Shown one piece after another: positions 39,001 through 51,467 of a stretch of 64,000 nt of DNA. Location: NCBI RefSeq assembly GCF_004010195.1, contig NC_057718.1, positions 57,128,264 to 57,192,263 of the forward strand. The letters run 5' to 3'. A program made the position numbers and the translations under genes. How positions within the stretch are numbered: position 1 is the first letter of the stretch; the number at the start of each line of letters is the position of its first letter. Under the pieces are notes generated by a model. It made no database searches, was not told the origin of the DNA, and saw only the letters and a list, made by a program, of their open reading frames with translations. Source of the stretch: Chiloscyllium plagiosum (taxonomy: Eukaryota).

Positions 39001-39681
39001 ATCTTATTCTTTATCAAGAAAATGGAATTAAATCCCAAATTATGATAGGCCAATGTTATTTTGAAATTGGATCCTTTTAGTTTGTAATTATCACTCTACT
39101 TGTATTCACTCTACCATTTTGATATCTTTACTACTACTGTCTGTTATCACCTTATTAATGAGGAATTTTTATCAGTATAATTTTGTAGCACTGCGTTGTT
39201 TATGATTTGTGAAAAAAAATTGAAGGCTCTGTGTCAGTATTTTACTATTGCTTGGCATTATAATGTGATCGGAACAATGATGATCATGCCGATTATTGAA
39301 ATATAAATGAGTGTGTTTTGAATAATCATTTTATGTATACCATTCATTTGATTAAGTTATTGACATTTCTGAATAATCTGTGATAGTGCACTGATCATAA
39401 GGATTGTTACTAACATGTTGGAAAATCTCAAGCTTCACTAAACAAAATGCTACTGCAACACAGCTTGTAGCTCAAGCTTGTATTTTACAATAAAATTGTA
39501 ACTAAGGTGATGAATAAGTATTGACACATCATTACTTGAACTGAGCTGAATGCTGATGTGATGAAACATTAAATTAGAACTTTCAGCTCATATGTCCGCT
39601 TGGAGCCTTTCTCTTCATTTGAGTTGGGTTTCCTTTTTCTTCTTCTCAAGCTTGCCTCAGAGTTAACAGGATCGACTTTAG

Positions 39682-40006
39682 GATTAGATTAGATTACTTT
39701 AGATTACTTTACAGTGTGGAAACAGGCCCTTCGGCCCAACAAGTCTACACCGACCCGCCGAAGCGCAACCCACCCATACCCCTACATTTACCCCTTACCT
39801 AACACTACGGACAATTTAACATGGCCAATTCACCTGACCTGCACATCTTTGGACTGTGGGAGGAAACCGGAGCACCCGGAGGAAACCCACGCAGACACGG
39901 GGAGAATGTGCAAACTCCACACAGTCAGTCGCCTGAGGCGGGAATTGAACCCGGGTCTCTGGCGCTGCGAGGCAGCAGTGCTAACCACTGTGCCACCGTG
40001 CCGCCC
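39682..40006 (-). mobile_element. Young V-SINE (HE1-like)
   Basis: Complete head gggcggcacggtggcacagtggttagc, V-domain, (taatc)n tail, CpGs retained. Confidence 0.92.
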
Positions 40007-40319
40007 AAGATGGTAGTTATAGATTAGGAGGGTAGGGGGGGGAGGAGCGGCGGTGGGCAGCAATCAAGCTGAAAGAGGAGCCGTGGTTAACATTTAGAGG
40101 TGAAGGTAAGTTAAGGCTCAATAAATTGGAGCAACGTTGAGAGAGCAGATAATTTTGAAATCCCTTGTGCTGTTCGCTTCAGAATTTATCCCAGTTCAGG
40201 TGGATGGTTTCCATTTTCTTATCTGAAATTGAAGTAATAAATTATGTGGAGATTTTGAGGAACCTGTTGCTTTGTAGTGTAGTAAGTATGACTGTTTTAA
40301 CATGCCAAATTTTTTACAG

Positions 40320-40394
40320 GCTGTTCAAAAATCTTTACAAAAGAGAACATCAGCGAAAGAAGATGCAGTTGCATCCACAAGTAACCTAGATGAG
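40320..40394 (+). CDS. CFAP36: Probable CFAP36 internal exon (75 nt, symmetric)
   Basis: Acceptor aaattttttacag|, donor gag|gtagta, phase 0 to 0. Open frame AVQKSLQKRTSAKEDAVASTSNLDE in non-repeat DNA, frame-compatible with both neighbours. No recognisable homology. Confidence 0.65.
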
Positions 40395-42171
40395 GTAGTA
40401 GACGTGTTTGTAAATTTTTAGTCTTTGATAAATTAGTTACTAAGTGTTCTTTGAAAAATTCAGACTATTTTAAACATGAAAGTTTCTCTGCGATAACAAT
40501 GATCTCTTGCGCTTCACATAAGTGCAAGAATCTAAAATCTGGTCCTGGATTCTTTTAAATATCAACATTGTAGGACAGTGTATCTAAAATCCAACATGTA
40601 AATTGTTTTATGCTTTCCCAATTGCTAGCATGATCTCTTGGAACTAATTCTGTTTTTGTTTTTACACTCTCATCTCAACATCCATTTGATAATTCATATA
40701 TTTATATGCAATACCAATCAAAAAAACTGATTTGGTTTCATTTTCTTTGAAAGTAATCTCCAGCTGTCTTGTGATATTGATTTTAGTGCTGAAAGATTCT
40801 TCAAATTATGAATACCTGCATTTGCTTTTCAAACCTTAAACCTTAAAGATCTAAATTTACATTAGTGACATTGAACCAGAAGCTATCTGAAGGTATCTCT
40901 ATTTGGGCTGATATGGTTTGGTTGTCCTTTTGTTTGTGGTATTTATGATACACAGAATCATGATTTACAAAGAAACACATGACAATTAAAGGCCCTTCAG
41001 CCCAACAAGACTGCACTTGTTAAAAACAATCACCTATTTAATCCCATTTTCTAGTACCTGACCCATAGCCTTGTACCTCTTGATTTTGCAAATTCAACCT
41101 AAATATTTCTTAAATCTTATGAGGGTTTCTGCATCTACCGCTCTTAGTGGCAGTGAGTCCCGGATTCCACACATTGCCAGTAAACATTGCCCTTTACCTT
41201 CAATCACTGCCCTAATCATTGATCCTGCCAACAAGGTGAAAGGTTCTTTCCTGTCTACCCTGGTAATGCCCCTCAATTTTAAACATCTCAATCATGTCCC
41301 CACTAGTCTACTCTGCTCTAGGGGACTAACTCTTTCCATGAATCTCCAGTTTATCTGATTGGTCTTCATGATTAAAACTCTGCAACATCTTGGTAAATGT
41401 TCTCTGCACCCTCTCCAAAGCAATCACCCCCCCCCCCCCCCCGTCCTATTATGTTGATTCCAGAATGGAATAACCTAGCTGTTGCCTAACCAACATTTTG
41501 AACAGTTTGACCATAACTTTGCTGTTCTTAAGCTCTGTGCCTCGGCTACTAAAGGCCGGAATCCCATATGCCTTCTTAACCACTTTATCTATTTGTCCCG
41601 CTAGCTTAATGGACAGATGGACTTGCACACCAAGGTGTGTCTGATCCTTGGTGCTTCCCAGGGTTCGACTGTTCATAATGTGTTCCTTTGCCTAGTTTGT
41701 CCTGCTTAAGTGCATCACCTCCAGCATATCCTGATTGAATTCCATATGTCACTCATCAGCCCATTTGACTGTCTATATCATCTTGTAATCTAAGGCTATC
41801 CTCCTCACTATTTACCACCCACCAATTTTTGTATCATCCAAAAAATTACTGATCAACCCTCCTACATTCAAGCCTAAGTCATTTATTTACATCACAAACA
41901 GCAAGGGCCTCAATGCTGATCCCTGTGGAACCCAACTGGACACAGGCATCTAGTCACAAAATCACTTCTTAACCATCACCCTCTGCATCGTGCCAGTCAG
42001 CTAGTTCTGGATCCTGTCAGCCAAATTTCCTTGGTTCCCCTGAGCTCTTACCATAGCTATTAGTCACCCACGTGGACCTTATCAAAAATGTTTTTGAAGT
42101 CCAAGTAGACTGTGCCTAATGCGATGTTCTCATCTATACACCTCATCACTACTTCAAAAAAATTATTCAGG

Positions 42172-42946
42172 TTGTGAATGCTGCATTTTGGAAAGGCACA
42201 TCAGAGCAGGACTTATAAACTTAATGGTAAGGTCCTGGGGAGTGTTGCTGAACAAAGAGTCCTTGGAGTGCAGGTTCATAGTTCCTTGAAAGTGTAGTCG
42301 AAGATAGATAGTAAAGAAGGCGTTTGGTATGCTTTCCTTTATTGGTCAGAGCAGTGAGTATTGGAGTTGGGAGGCCATGTTGCGGCTGTACAAGACATTG
42401 GTACAGGACACATTTGGAATATTATGTGCAGTTCTGGTCTCCCTCCGACTGAAAGGAAGTCGTGAAACTTGAAAGGTTTCAGAAAAGATTTACAAGGATG
42501 GAGGATTTGAGCTGTAGGGAGAGACAGAACAGACTTGGGCTGTTTTCCCTCGAGCATCACAGGCTGAGGGGTGACCTTATAGAGGTTTCTAAAATCATAA
42601 GGGTCATGGATAGGGTGAATAGACAAAGTCTTTTCCCTGGGGTGGGGGAGTCCAGAAGTAGAGGACATAGGTTTATGATGAAAGGGGAAAAACTTCATAG
42701 GGACATAAGAGACAACGTTTTCACGCAAAGGATGGTGCGTGTATGGAATGAGCTGCCAGAGGAAGTGGTGGAGACTTGTACAATTACAACATTTAAAAGG
42801 CATCTGGATGGGTGTATGAATAGGAAGGGCTTGGAGGGATATGGGCCAAGTGCTGGCAAAAGGGGCTAGATTAGGTTGGGATGTCTGGTGGGCATGGACG
42901 AGTTGGACTGAAGGGTCTTTTTCCGTGCTGTACACCTTTATGACTC
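42172..42946 (+). mobile_element. 5'-truncated CR1 (younger family) nested in opposite orientation
   Basis: KLERFQKRFTRM..LRGDLIEV..TFKRHLDG and 3' UTR ending tatgactct. Confidence 0.9.
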
Positions 42947-43393
42947 TTAAGTTGGTCAGACTTTAACAAAACCACGCTAACTGTTCTTGATTAATCTCTG
43001 CCTCTCAAAGTGCAGATAATTTCTGACTCTCAGAATTGATTCCTGTAGTTTCCCCACCACTCAGGTTAGACAGACTGGCCTGTAGTTTCTCAGTTTATCC
43101 CTTGATCCCTTCTTTAAAAGTTGACCTGATTGGCTGTCCTCCAGTCTTCTGGCACCTCACTTGTGGCCAGGGAGAAATTGAAAACTATTCTTCTACCCTT
43201 GCTACTTCATCCCCTGCCTCAGTCAACAGCATGGGATATATTTCATCTGGTCCTGGATATTTACCCCCACTTAAGCCTGCCAAACCATGTAGAACACTCT
43301 GTATATGCTAATTTATTTCATTATATCACAGTCACTTTCCCTGATAACTATATTGACATTGACCCTCTCATTAGTGAACACTGACAGAAAGTA

Positions 43394-43642
43394 GGCAAAA
43401 GTGAGGACTGCAGATGCTGGAAATCAGAGTCTAGATTAGAGTGGTGCTGGAAAAGCACAGCAGGTCAGAGGGGGGGGGGAGAAGGTAGCAAAGAGTACAA
43501 TTGATGGATAGTGGGGATAAAGTTGATAGGTCAGAGAGGAGGGTGGGGGAAGGTAGCAAAGAGTACAATGGGTGGATGGGAGTGGGGATGAAGGTGATAG
43601 GTCAGAGAGGAGGGTGGAGTGGTTAGGTAGGTAGGAATATTG
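43394..43642 (-). mobile_element. PLE terminal fragment, internally deleted, with 14-bp TSD
   Basis: aaagtgaggactgcagatgctgg...ggaaaagcacagcaggtcag plus purine-rich tract; actgacagaaagta at 43380-43393 and 43643-43656. Confidence 0.8.
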
Positions 43643-43868
43643 ACTGACAGAAAGTATCCACTTAGAACCCTGTCTACATCCTCCAGCTCCATGCAGAGAT
43701 TACTATTATGATCCTTAATGGACCCAACTCTTTTCCTAGTTATTCTTTTAGCCTTAATGTACATGTAAAATAACTTAGAATTTTCCTTTATTTTGCCTGC
43801 CATAATCCTTTCAAGTTCCCTTTTGCTCTCCTAATTTACTTTTTAAGATCCCCCTTGCATATTCTATA

Positions 43869-44448
43869 GTATTGCATATTTTAACAAGGACATCTACTTC
43901 AAACTCACCTCCTACCACTCCCTCTCCTGTAAAAATGCCATCCCTTACTCCCAATTCCTCCGCATCCGCTGTATCTGCTCCCAGGAGAAGCAATTCCATT
44001 CCAGGGCATCCCAGATGGCTTCTTGTGATCAACAGTGCCTTCCAGCGCATCTCTTCCACTTCCAATATCTCCACCCTTGAGCCCCACCCCTCCACCCACA
44101 ACAAGGATAGGAAGAAAGCCTCATCTTCTGCTTTGGGATCCTTCAACCACACAGCATCAATGGTGACCTCATCACTTTCCAAATCTCACCTCCCCCCACC
44201 TCATCCGAGATCCAATCCTCCAACTCAGCACCACTTAAACTGTCCTAACTGCCCATCTTCCTACCCACCTATCTGCTCCACCCTCACCTCTGCCTTATCA
44301 CCATCACCCCACCTGCATCTACTTATCGCCTTTCCAGCTACCCCAACCCCACTTTCCTGATGAAGGGCTTATGTCCGAAACCTCGACTTTCCTGCTCCTC
44401 GGATGCTGCCTGACCTGCTGTGCTTTTCCAGCGCCACACATTTCGACC
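43869..44448 (+). mobile_element. Internally deleted PLE with hammerhead motif at 44357-44384 and 11-bp TSD
   Basis: catcccttactcccaattcctccgcatccgc (IPYSQFLRIR, PLE post-RT motif); ctgatgaagggcttatgtccgaaacctc; catattctata at 43858-43868 and 44449-44459. Confidence 0.82.
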
Positions 44449-45544
44449 CATATTCTATACTCCTGTCAGGCTTCTGCTATTTTGAGCCCTTAGTATCTGC
44501 CGTATTCCTCCCTTTTTCCCTTTATCCAAGTCTATATATCCCTTATTTTCCAGGGATTGCTAGATTTGTTAGTCCCACCCTTTATCTGGATTGAATAGTA
44601 CAACCTCAATGTCTGAGGCTCCCTCAACATTACAGTGAAGCTTGTTGTCGAAGGGTAGTGAAAAATATGATGCTGTTAAAATTGATGGGCATAGACTGAC
44701 CCACTGACAATAAACAGTTGACTAAAACCATTTGTTTCACCTTGATGTTTTGTGAATGTTGTGGATTAACACGGTTTCATCGCGAAGACTGTATTTTTAA
44801 AACCTTATTCATCCCGAATAAGCTTTTACACCTAATCTCAATGAACAAAACAGGCAGCAAATGTGTTTCTTAATAGTAGATTTGGAGGGCTAATGGTAGA
44901 AGATTTGAAAGTTGTCATTTTCCTCCATCCACACACAGGATCAATGTTGATTTCACCAGTTTCCTGATCTCCCCTCCCCCCACTTTATCCCATCCCTCCC
45001 TCCCATAAGAGAACCACACCACCCATATAATCAGGCCTGATTAATAGTTAGATGGATAAGAACAAGATTCTAGGTTTGTAACTGAGAGCCAGCTACTAGT
45101 CAGACTGATAGAGGAGTTGACGTCAGAGGAGTCTTGCATTATAATGATAGTTAGAATGAGCAGACAATCTCAATTGCCTCCATGACTTACAGTCTAGCAG
45201 GTTCAGGGTTTCAGAGTTAGAAATGTAAGACCCTTTAATGCTTAAGCAGAACAGCACCAGAGTTGGTTGAGGGTAGATAAAGCTTATTAGACTTCTTGAG
45301 TTTCCCCAGGGAATTAGTTTCTGGATAGAGAAAGGGTTCAGAAAGGAAAGATATCTGTGCTAAACTATATCTTTGTAGTAAAACTTCCGTAAATCTTTGA
45401 AAATATTTTGCACCTTTTTGAACAAATGGATATTGATGTATGAAACATGGTAACCTTGACCTCTTCAGATTGGAAGGCATAGAAAGCAGAAGGTAATTAT
45501 TTTTTCTGCTAGAAACAAAGCTCCTGGTGACTTTTTAAAAGTGA

Positions 45545-46930
45545 AACAGTTGATAAGGGTACCTTCTGCTAGACTACTTAATAAGGTAAGTGCCCATGGT
45601 TCTGAAGGTAGTATATCTGCATGGATAGATGAATGGCTAACTAATTGCAGATAGTGTTGGGAAAGGGGCGTCATTTTCAGGACAACAACCTGCAACTAGC
45701 CGAATGCCACAGGAATAGTGCTGGGATTACAATTATTTACAATATATATCAGCGACCTGGGTGAGGAAAGTGAATATACTGGAGCCAAGTTTGCAGAAGA
45801 CACAAAAATAGGTGGGAAGGCAAATGGTGAGGATGACACAAAGAGTTTGCAGAGGAATATACACAGGTTAAGTGAGTGGGCAAAAAACTTGGTAGATGGA
45901 ATATAACGCTGGAAAATATGAGGTTATGCACTTTGTTAGGAAGAATAGAGGAGCTAACTATTACGTAAATGGAGGAAGACTGCAGAAAGCTACAGAACTA
46001 GAGGGCTGTAGGGGTCCTTGAGCACAAGTCACAAAAAGCTAGCATATAATGGAGTGGGCGGCACGGTGGCACAGTGGTTAGCACTGCTGCCTCACAGCGC
46101 CAGAGACACGGGTTCAATTCCCGCCTCAGGCGACTGACTGTGTGGAATTTGCACGTTCTCCCTGTGTCTGCGTGGGTTTCCTCCAGGTGCTCCGGTTTCC
46201 TCCCACAGTCCAAAGATGTGCAGGTTAGGTGAATTGGCCATGCTAAATTGCTCCTAGTGTTAGGTAAGGGGTACATGTAGGGGTATGGGTGGGTTGCGCT
46301 TCGGCGGGGTGGTGTGGACTTGTTGGGCCAAAGGGCCTGTTTCCACACTAAGTAATCTAATCTAATAATTTCAGGCATTAGAATGGAATGTTGACCTTCA
46401 TTTCAAAGCGGACGGAATATTTTATCATTTAAACTATACAAGGCACTAGTCAGACCACAATTACACAGTTTTGGTCCCCTTAGCTCAGGAAATATATCCT
46501 GAAATCAGAGGCAATTCAGAGAATGTTCACGAGGTTGATCCCAGGTATGGAAAAATTGTCTTATGAGGAGAAGTTGAGTAAGTTGGGCCTGGAGTTTGGA
46601 AGAATAAGTTAAATTGAAATATAGAAGATTCCGAAGGAATGGGAAGGCGTGGGTATGGGAAGGCGTTTCCCCTAGTGAGAGCCTAGGATCAGAAACCATA
46701 AGCTCAGAACAAGAAATTGCCCATTTAAGACAAAGATGAGGAGGAATTTCTTCTTGAAGTGTAGTGAATCTGTGGAATTCTTTATCAAAGCTGTAGAGAC
46801 TAGGACATCAAATATATTCAAGGTGAAATAGACAGATTCTTAATTAGTAAGGGAATTGAGGGTTATGGGGAAAAAGAAGGAATGTAGAGTCGAGGATTAT
46901 CAGATTATCAGCCAGGATCTCATTGAATGT
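45545..46930 (+). mobile_element. Decayed CR1 3' half interrupted by a V-SINE
   Basis: LGLQLFTIYISDL..AKFAEDTKIGG; 3' UTR gatctcattgaat. Confidence 0.85.
46056..46364 (+). mobile_element. Young V-SINE (HE1-like)
   Basis: gggcggcacggtggcacagtggttagc...taatctaatctaa. Confidence 0.92.
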
Positions 46931-47104
46931 GCCTTATAATAAAAAGCTCTTCATAGCTGTACCTCCAAGCAATTTCTGTTCATGTCTACTTGTCAATTAT
47001 GAATCACAAGATGAATATTCAATGACATCTCTAACTGGGCTAAGAGAAACAGGAATATTTTCATTGCAAGTTCTGTAGCTTGGCAACCTCAAATTTATAG
47101 AATT

Positions 47105-47434
47105 TTTAGAATCCCCACAGTGTGGAAACAGGCCCTTTGGCACAACAAGTCCACACTGACCCTCCGAAGAGTATCCCACCCAGACCTATTACGCTACATT
47201 CCTCTGACTAATGTACCTAACCTACACATCCCTGAACATTATGGGCAATTTAACTTGGCCAATTCACCTAACCTGTGCATCGTTGGATCCAGGAAACTGG
47301 AGCACCCAGAGGAAACCCATGCAGACACAGGGAGAATGTGCAAACTCCACACACAGTCACCCGAGGCTGGAATATAATCCGGGTCACTGGCGCTTTGAGG
47401 CAGCAGTGCTAACCACTGAGCCACTGTGCCGCCC
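47105..47434 (-). mobile_element. V-SINE (HE1-like)
   Basis: Reverse complement of head and V-domain; more diverged. Confidence 0.88.
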
Positions 47435-48029
47435 AAATGGAAAGGAATCTTTCAAAGAATTGCTCTTGTGCATCTCCAGTAATACTTGCTATATATGCAA
47501 AAGTTCAGGAAGGCAAAAGAATAATAAAGGAATTAGTTGTGGCAATGTAACAATCATCATAATCTTGTCTCTCATAGTTCAGTTATTTATGGAGAAAGAT
47601 GTGTGTCAGAAATGCTTTTAATACTGTCTCCAGCCTTTTGTAAGTTCCCAATCTCTTCAACTCTTAACTTCACTTAACTTCATTGCTATCCTCTCCATTT
47701 GATCATTTCAAAATTTGTGACTGGCCTCTTCCTTTGATTTTTAAAAATATTTTCTAAGATAAACAAAGCCTGTGAATGACTGAAAGTCTCATTTGATGGA
47801 GTCCATTTGGTGAACATGATGAGAAGACAGACATATCATATTGCATAAGGATTAGAGTGAGTGGCAGTGGCGGATAGAGAAATTAGGCGATGAGAATGTA
47901 CATAAAAAGCGAAGAATGTGTTCTACTGAAACTTAAATAAAACACTTTGGCAGAGGTGACAGCAGTCCTGATTAACTGGCAGGTAACATTAGAATGTGAA
48001 TGATTAGGCAATGAATGCTGCATGTTGTA

Positions 48030-49560
48030 AGATGTGGTAACATTACTGGCCAAAAAGTAACATTACTGGACCAATATGATAAAGATCTGGATGAACGATC
48101 CACAGAAACGGGTCAAAATTCCACCATGATAGGTGAAATTTGAATTCTGTTAATTAAATGAATCTGGAATAACTAACTAGTATCGGCTTTAATGACTGCA
48201 AAACTACTAGATTATTGTAGAAATCCATCTGATTTACCTACGTCCTTTTGGGAAAGAAATTGCCACCCCTACCTTGCATAGCCTGAACGTGACTGGAATA
48301 ACTCCAGAGTGACTGGTATCCCATCACCAAGTCAACTTTTATTTATACGTGGAGAGTCCTTGACACTGATGTAGCTTTCTCACAGTCAGCTCTCAAAGTG
48401 AACAGGACCTCTGACAGCTTCTTTAATAGTCTCTTGACCTTTCTGAAGAACATTCATGTATTTAATTAGGACTTCACCCCATCAAACTTGGGCCCAAGAT
48501 TTTTACTATGATCAGTGGTAACTGAATCAGCTGCTTCTCATAAGAGACTGGAACCAAAGTTGTACCTTTAAATTGTAAAGCTTCCCTGGTATAGGTTCTC
48601 AGTCTAGCCAAGGTCTTATGCAAACTTAAAGGTTGGAGTCCAGAGCAAATTTTCTTAAAGATTGGTTCTGCGATCATTGAAATGGCCATGCCAGTATCGA
48701 CCTCCATTCGAACCAGGTGACATTTAACCAGATATTTATTTTGATTAGTTCTGATTTGGATGTTGCTAAGCAATTTAACTGTTCCAAACCAAATATAGGT
48801 GGACTTTCCAGGGTGTGCACTTTACTGCATATTGGCCTATGAGTTTTCTTATTCAATTTAGGTCTAATGGGACTCTCTTATTGTCTCGAGTCTACATAAC
48901 AGCAGCAACTACAATGGCTTGTTGGCCCGGATTCTGAGGAAAATTTTAACTATTTGGCCAAAGCTTGGCTTTGTTCTGGAATTTTGCTGTGGGCTGACCT
49001 AGAGTCCCTCTGTTCAGGATATGTCCTGAGTTAGCCTATGCAACTGTCTTCACTCAAGTGGTGTTCCCCAAGCTCAGTTGGACTGGTGAGGGTGTCCACT
49101 TCCATCAGAATACCCATCAACTTACATGCTTCACTTGCCGCATTATCCAATAGTACAGCCAATTGTAGTGCCGTTGGAGTTCAGTTGGGTTTCAGCTTGT
49201 AGACACTTTTGCATGGTTTCATCATAAATCCCACTTATTGTCGCTGAAATAACTCCACAGAGCATGGTACCCCAGCACCAAGTCACACTTTATTTACACA
49301 TGAAGAGTCCTTGAAACTGATTCAGCTTCCTCAGAGCCAGCTCTGAAAGTGAACAGAATGTCTGGAACTCCTATGTATATCTGTCAGCCAAGGCTACCTG
49401 AATGGACCAGATTAACAGCCACAATTAAGGAATTTATATTCTGAGGTCAATCTGGCTGACCTTGTTATAACACAACAGTGACTCCAGACCCACAACAATA
49501 TAATTCACTGTAAATTTGCATCTTAAAGAGTTTAGTTAGCCACTTACATATTCAAGATGG
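48030..49560 (+). mobile_element. DeuSINE-like SINE split by an LTR element
   Basis: Core ...gcctgaacgtgac | (insert) | gtgactccagacccacaac is continuous once the insert is removed. Confidence 0.7.
48294..49477 (-). mobile_element. Internally deleted Gypsy LTR element, two LTRs, 5-bp TSD
   Basis: TG...CA termini, GTGAC at 48289-48293 and 49478-49482, direct repeats ~48294-48420 and ~49246-49477, aspartic protease motif MEVDTGMAISMI. Confidence 0.85.
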
Positions 49561-49579
49561 TGGCTCATTATCACCTTAA

Positions 49580-50600
49580 AAGTTGGCGACAGATTAGGGG
49601 GCAGAGCTGAGAGTTCATCTGCTCCCATCGGCTTTCTTATTTTTCTTCTTTTAACTTTTGCTTTTTTAAAAATTTTTGTTTTCCCATAATTTTTTATCTT
49701 AAAACCTGAAGAATAGCAGTTGACAGAAGAGGCTTTCGGCAGCAGTGGCAGCAATGCAAGGACAATCCAGACATGGCTCTGATCTGGCCTGGGGTCTCCC
49801 TGCGAGTGAGGAGTAGGTCCCAAGCTGACACACCAGCCCAGAATTACAAGTTGGCCTGGGCACCTGAAAGTGATGAAGAAGTGGCAATATCAGCTCAGCA
49901 TTGCGGTCTTGTCCCAGTGTAGAGGTTTTCTTCATCTTCAGCTTCCAGGTATTCCAATGGCCCGGTAGGTGGTCTTGGTCTGGCATGGCGGTCTTCTTTG
50001 GCGGAGGTTTCCAGCTCAATATTCCAGCAGCCCGATATGGCGTTCTCACCCTGGAATGGTGGTCTCGTCCTGACTACGTCTTCTGGGTTTTTCAATTGTT
50101 TCCTTAATCAGCTTTCCACAAGCCCTGGAGCCATTAACTGAATTATGATGAACTTTGTCTTAATTTTACGTTTTTTTATTATGTTGACTTCTGCCATTAA
50201 TATAGGTACCTTGGTAAAGATTAGATTCAATTACCTACAGTGTGGAAACAGACCCTTCGGCCTAACAAGTCCACACCGACCCGCTGAAGCGTAACCCACC
50301 CATTCCCGTACATTTACCTAACACTACGGGCAATTTAGCATGGCCAATTCACCTGACGTGCACATCTTTGGACTGTGGGAGGAAACCGGAGCACCCGGAG
50401 GAAACCCACGCAGACACGGGGAGAATGTGCAAACTCCACACAGTCAGTCACCTGAGTCGGGAATTGAACCCGTGTCTCTGGCGCTGTGAGGCAGCAGTGC
50501 TAACCACTGTGCCACCGTGCCGCCCAAAAGTGACTTATAAAACTTTTCACTGTATTTTTCATGTAAAAATACATGCGACAATAAATTTCTATTCTATTCT
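49580..50600 (+). mobile_element. Probable non-autonomous non-LTR element with GC-rich body, interrupted by a V-SINE
   Basis: 3' end ttttcactgtattt...atacatgcgacaataaa(ttcta)n resembles a LINE tail hairpin plus microsatellite; no coding motif recognised. Confidence 0.45.
50219..50525 (-). mobile_element. Young V-SINE (HE1-like)
   Basis: Highly similar to 39682-40006. Confidence 0.92.
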
Positions 50601-51467
50601 CAAGGTCAATTATAGGGTGGGTAATGTCAACAATGTCAAAATCTCATGAATTAATTTAAAAACAAAGATTTATGCTCCACGAAAACACTGCCACTCTTCC
50701 CAGGCAGTGCCTCAGCAATCCTAGTGATGTGTCAGATGACAGTTTGCTAGACTGCTGTACAAGCCCTTTTGAATGCTAGTAATCATAGCTATGATATGGA
50801 CAGTCTGAGCTTGCATGATAGCAAGTTAAGCTTGCATGAGAATAGCCTGAGCCTGCATGAGACTAGTTTGTGCTTCTACTGCAGCACCCAGTTATCCGAT
50901 AGCTTCTGTTTGTGCAGCAGCGAAAGCTGAGACATTTCCAATGGAGGCTCAATTATGAATGGGTTTTGATTGAGTTGATCACCACTTACATAGTTCAGAT
51001 TTCATTATTCAAGCTCAGTACAAAGATCTTTACCAAGTTAGTGTCAGACTCCTCCATGCACTTCCACATTGACCATAGGCCAGCAGGGTGTTTGCAAAAC
51101 TTGGACCATTCCCTCTCTGTCACATTTCTTCCTGCTCATATTCTCTTAACCAACCCTTTTAAGTGGTGCAAATTAGTTTAAAGTACTGCAGGTATCGCTC
51201 AGTGGTTCAAGCCTTACATTAACTTAGACCCTTGCTGAGATTTGGAGACACTCAAAAGCATGTTCCATTCTGACTTTGTAATACCATTATTTGAATGAGT
51301 AGACAGCACAGATTTTGCCTTTGCCTTCATTGGAAGACTTTCACATTTTGCTCCCACCTGACAGTAGCAATTTAAAACTCTGAATTCACTCTCTTCTTCT
51401 GTGTAAGCTAAACATAAGCTACTTTTTAAACAGAGAATAATTTCTATGTTTTTGAATGCAAATATCC

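Larger units (their letters stand above)
40985..44595 (-). mobile_element. Decayed CR1 LINE hosting three younger insertions
   Basis: RT and tether motifs (KAYGIPAF, KIKENSKLFYMYIKAKR) interrupted at 42172-42946, 43394-43642 and 43869-44448. Confidence 0.85.

Noticed and set aside
45000..45480. Possible additional LTR
   Set aside because: No termini, TSD or second copy that I could identify.
46056..46130. tRNA genes at SINE heads
   Set aside because: Followed by the V-domain and LINE-derived tail; these are SINE promoters.
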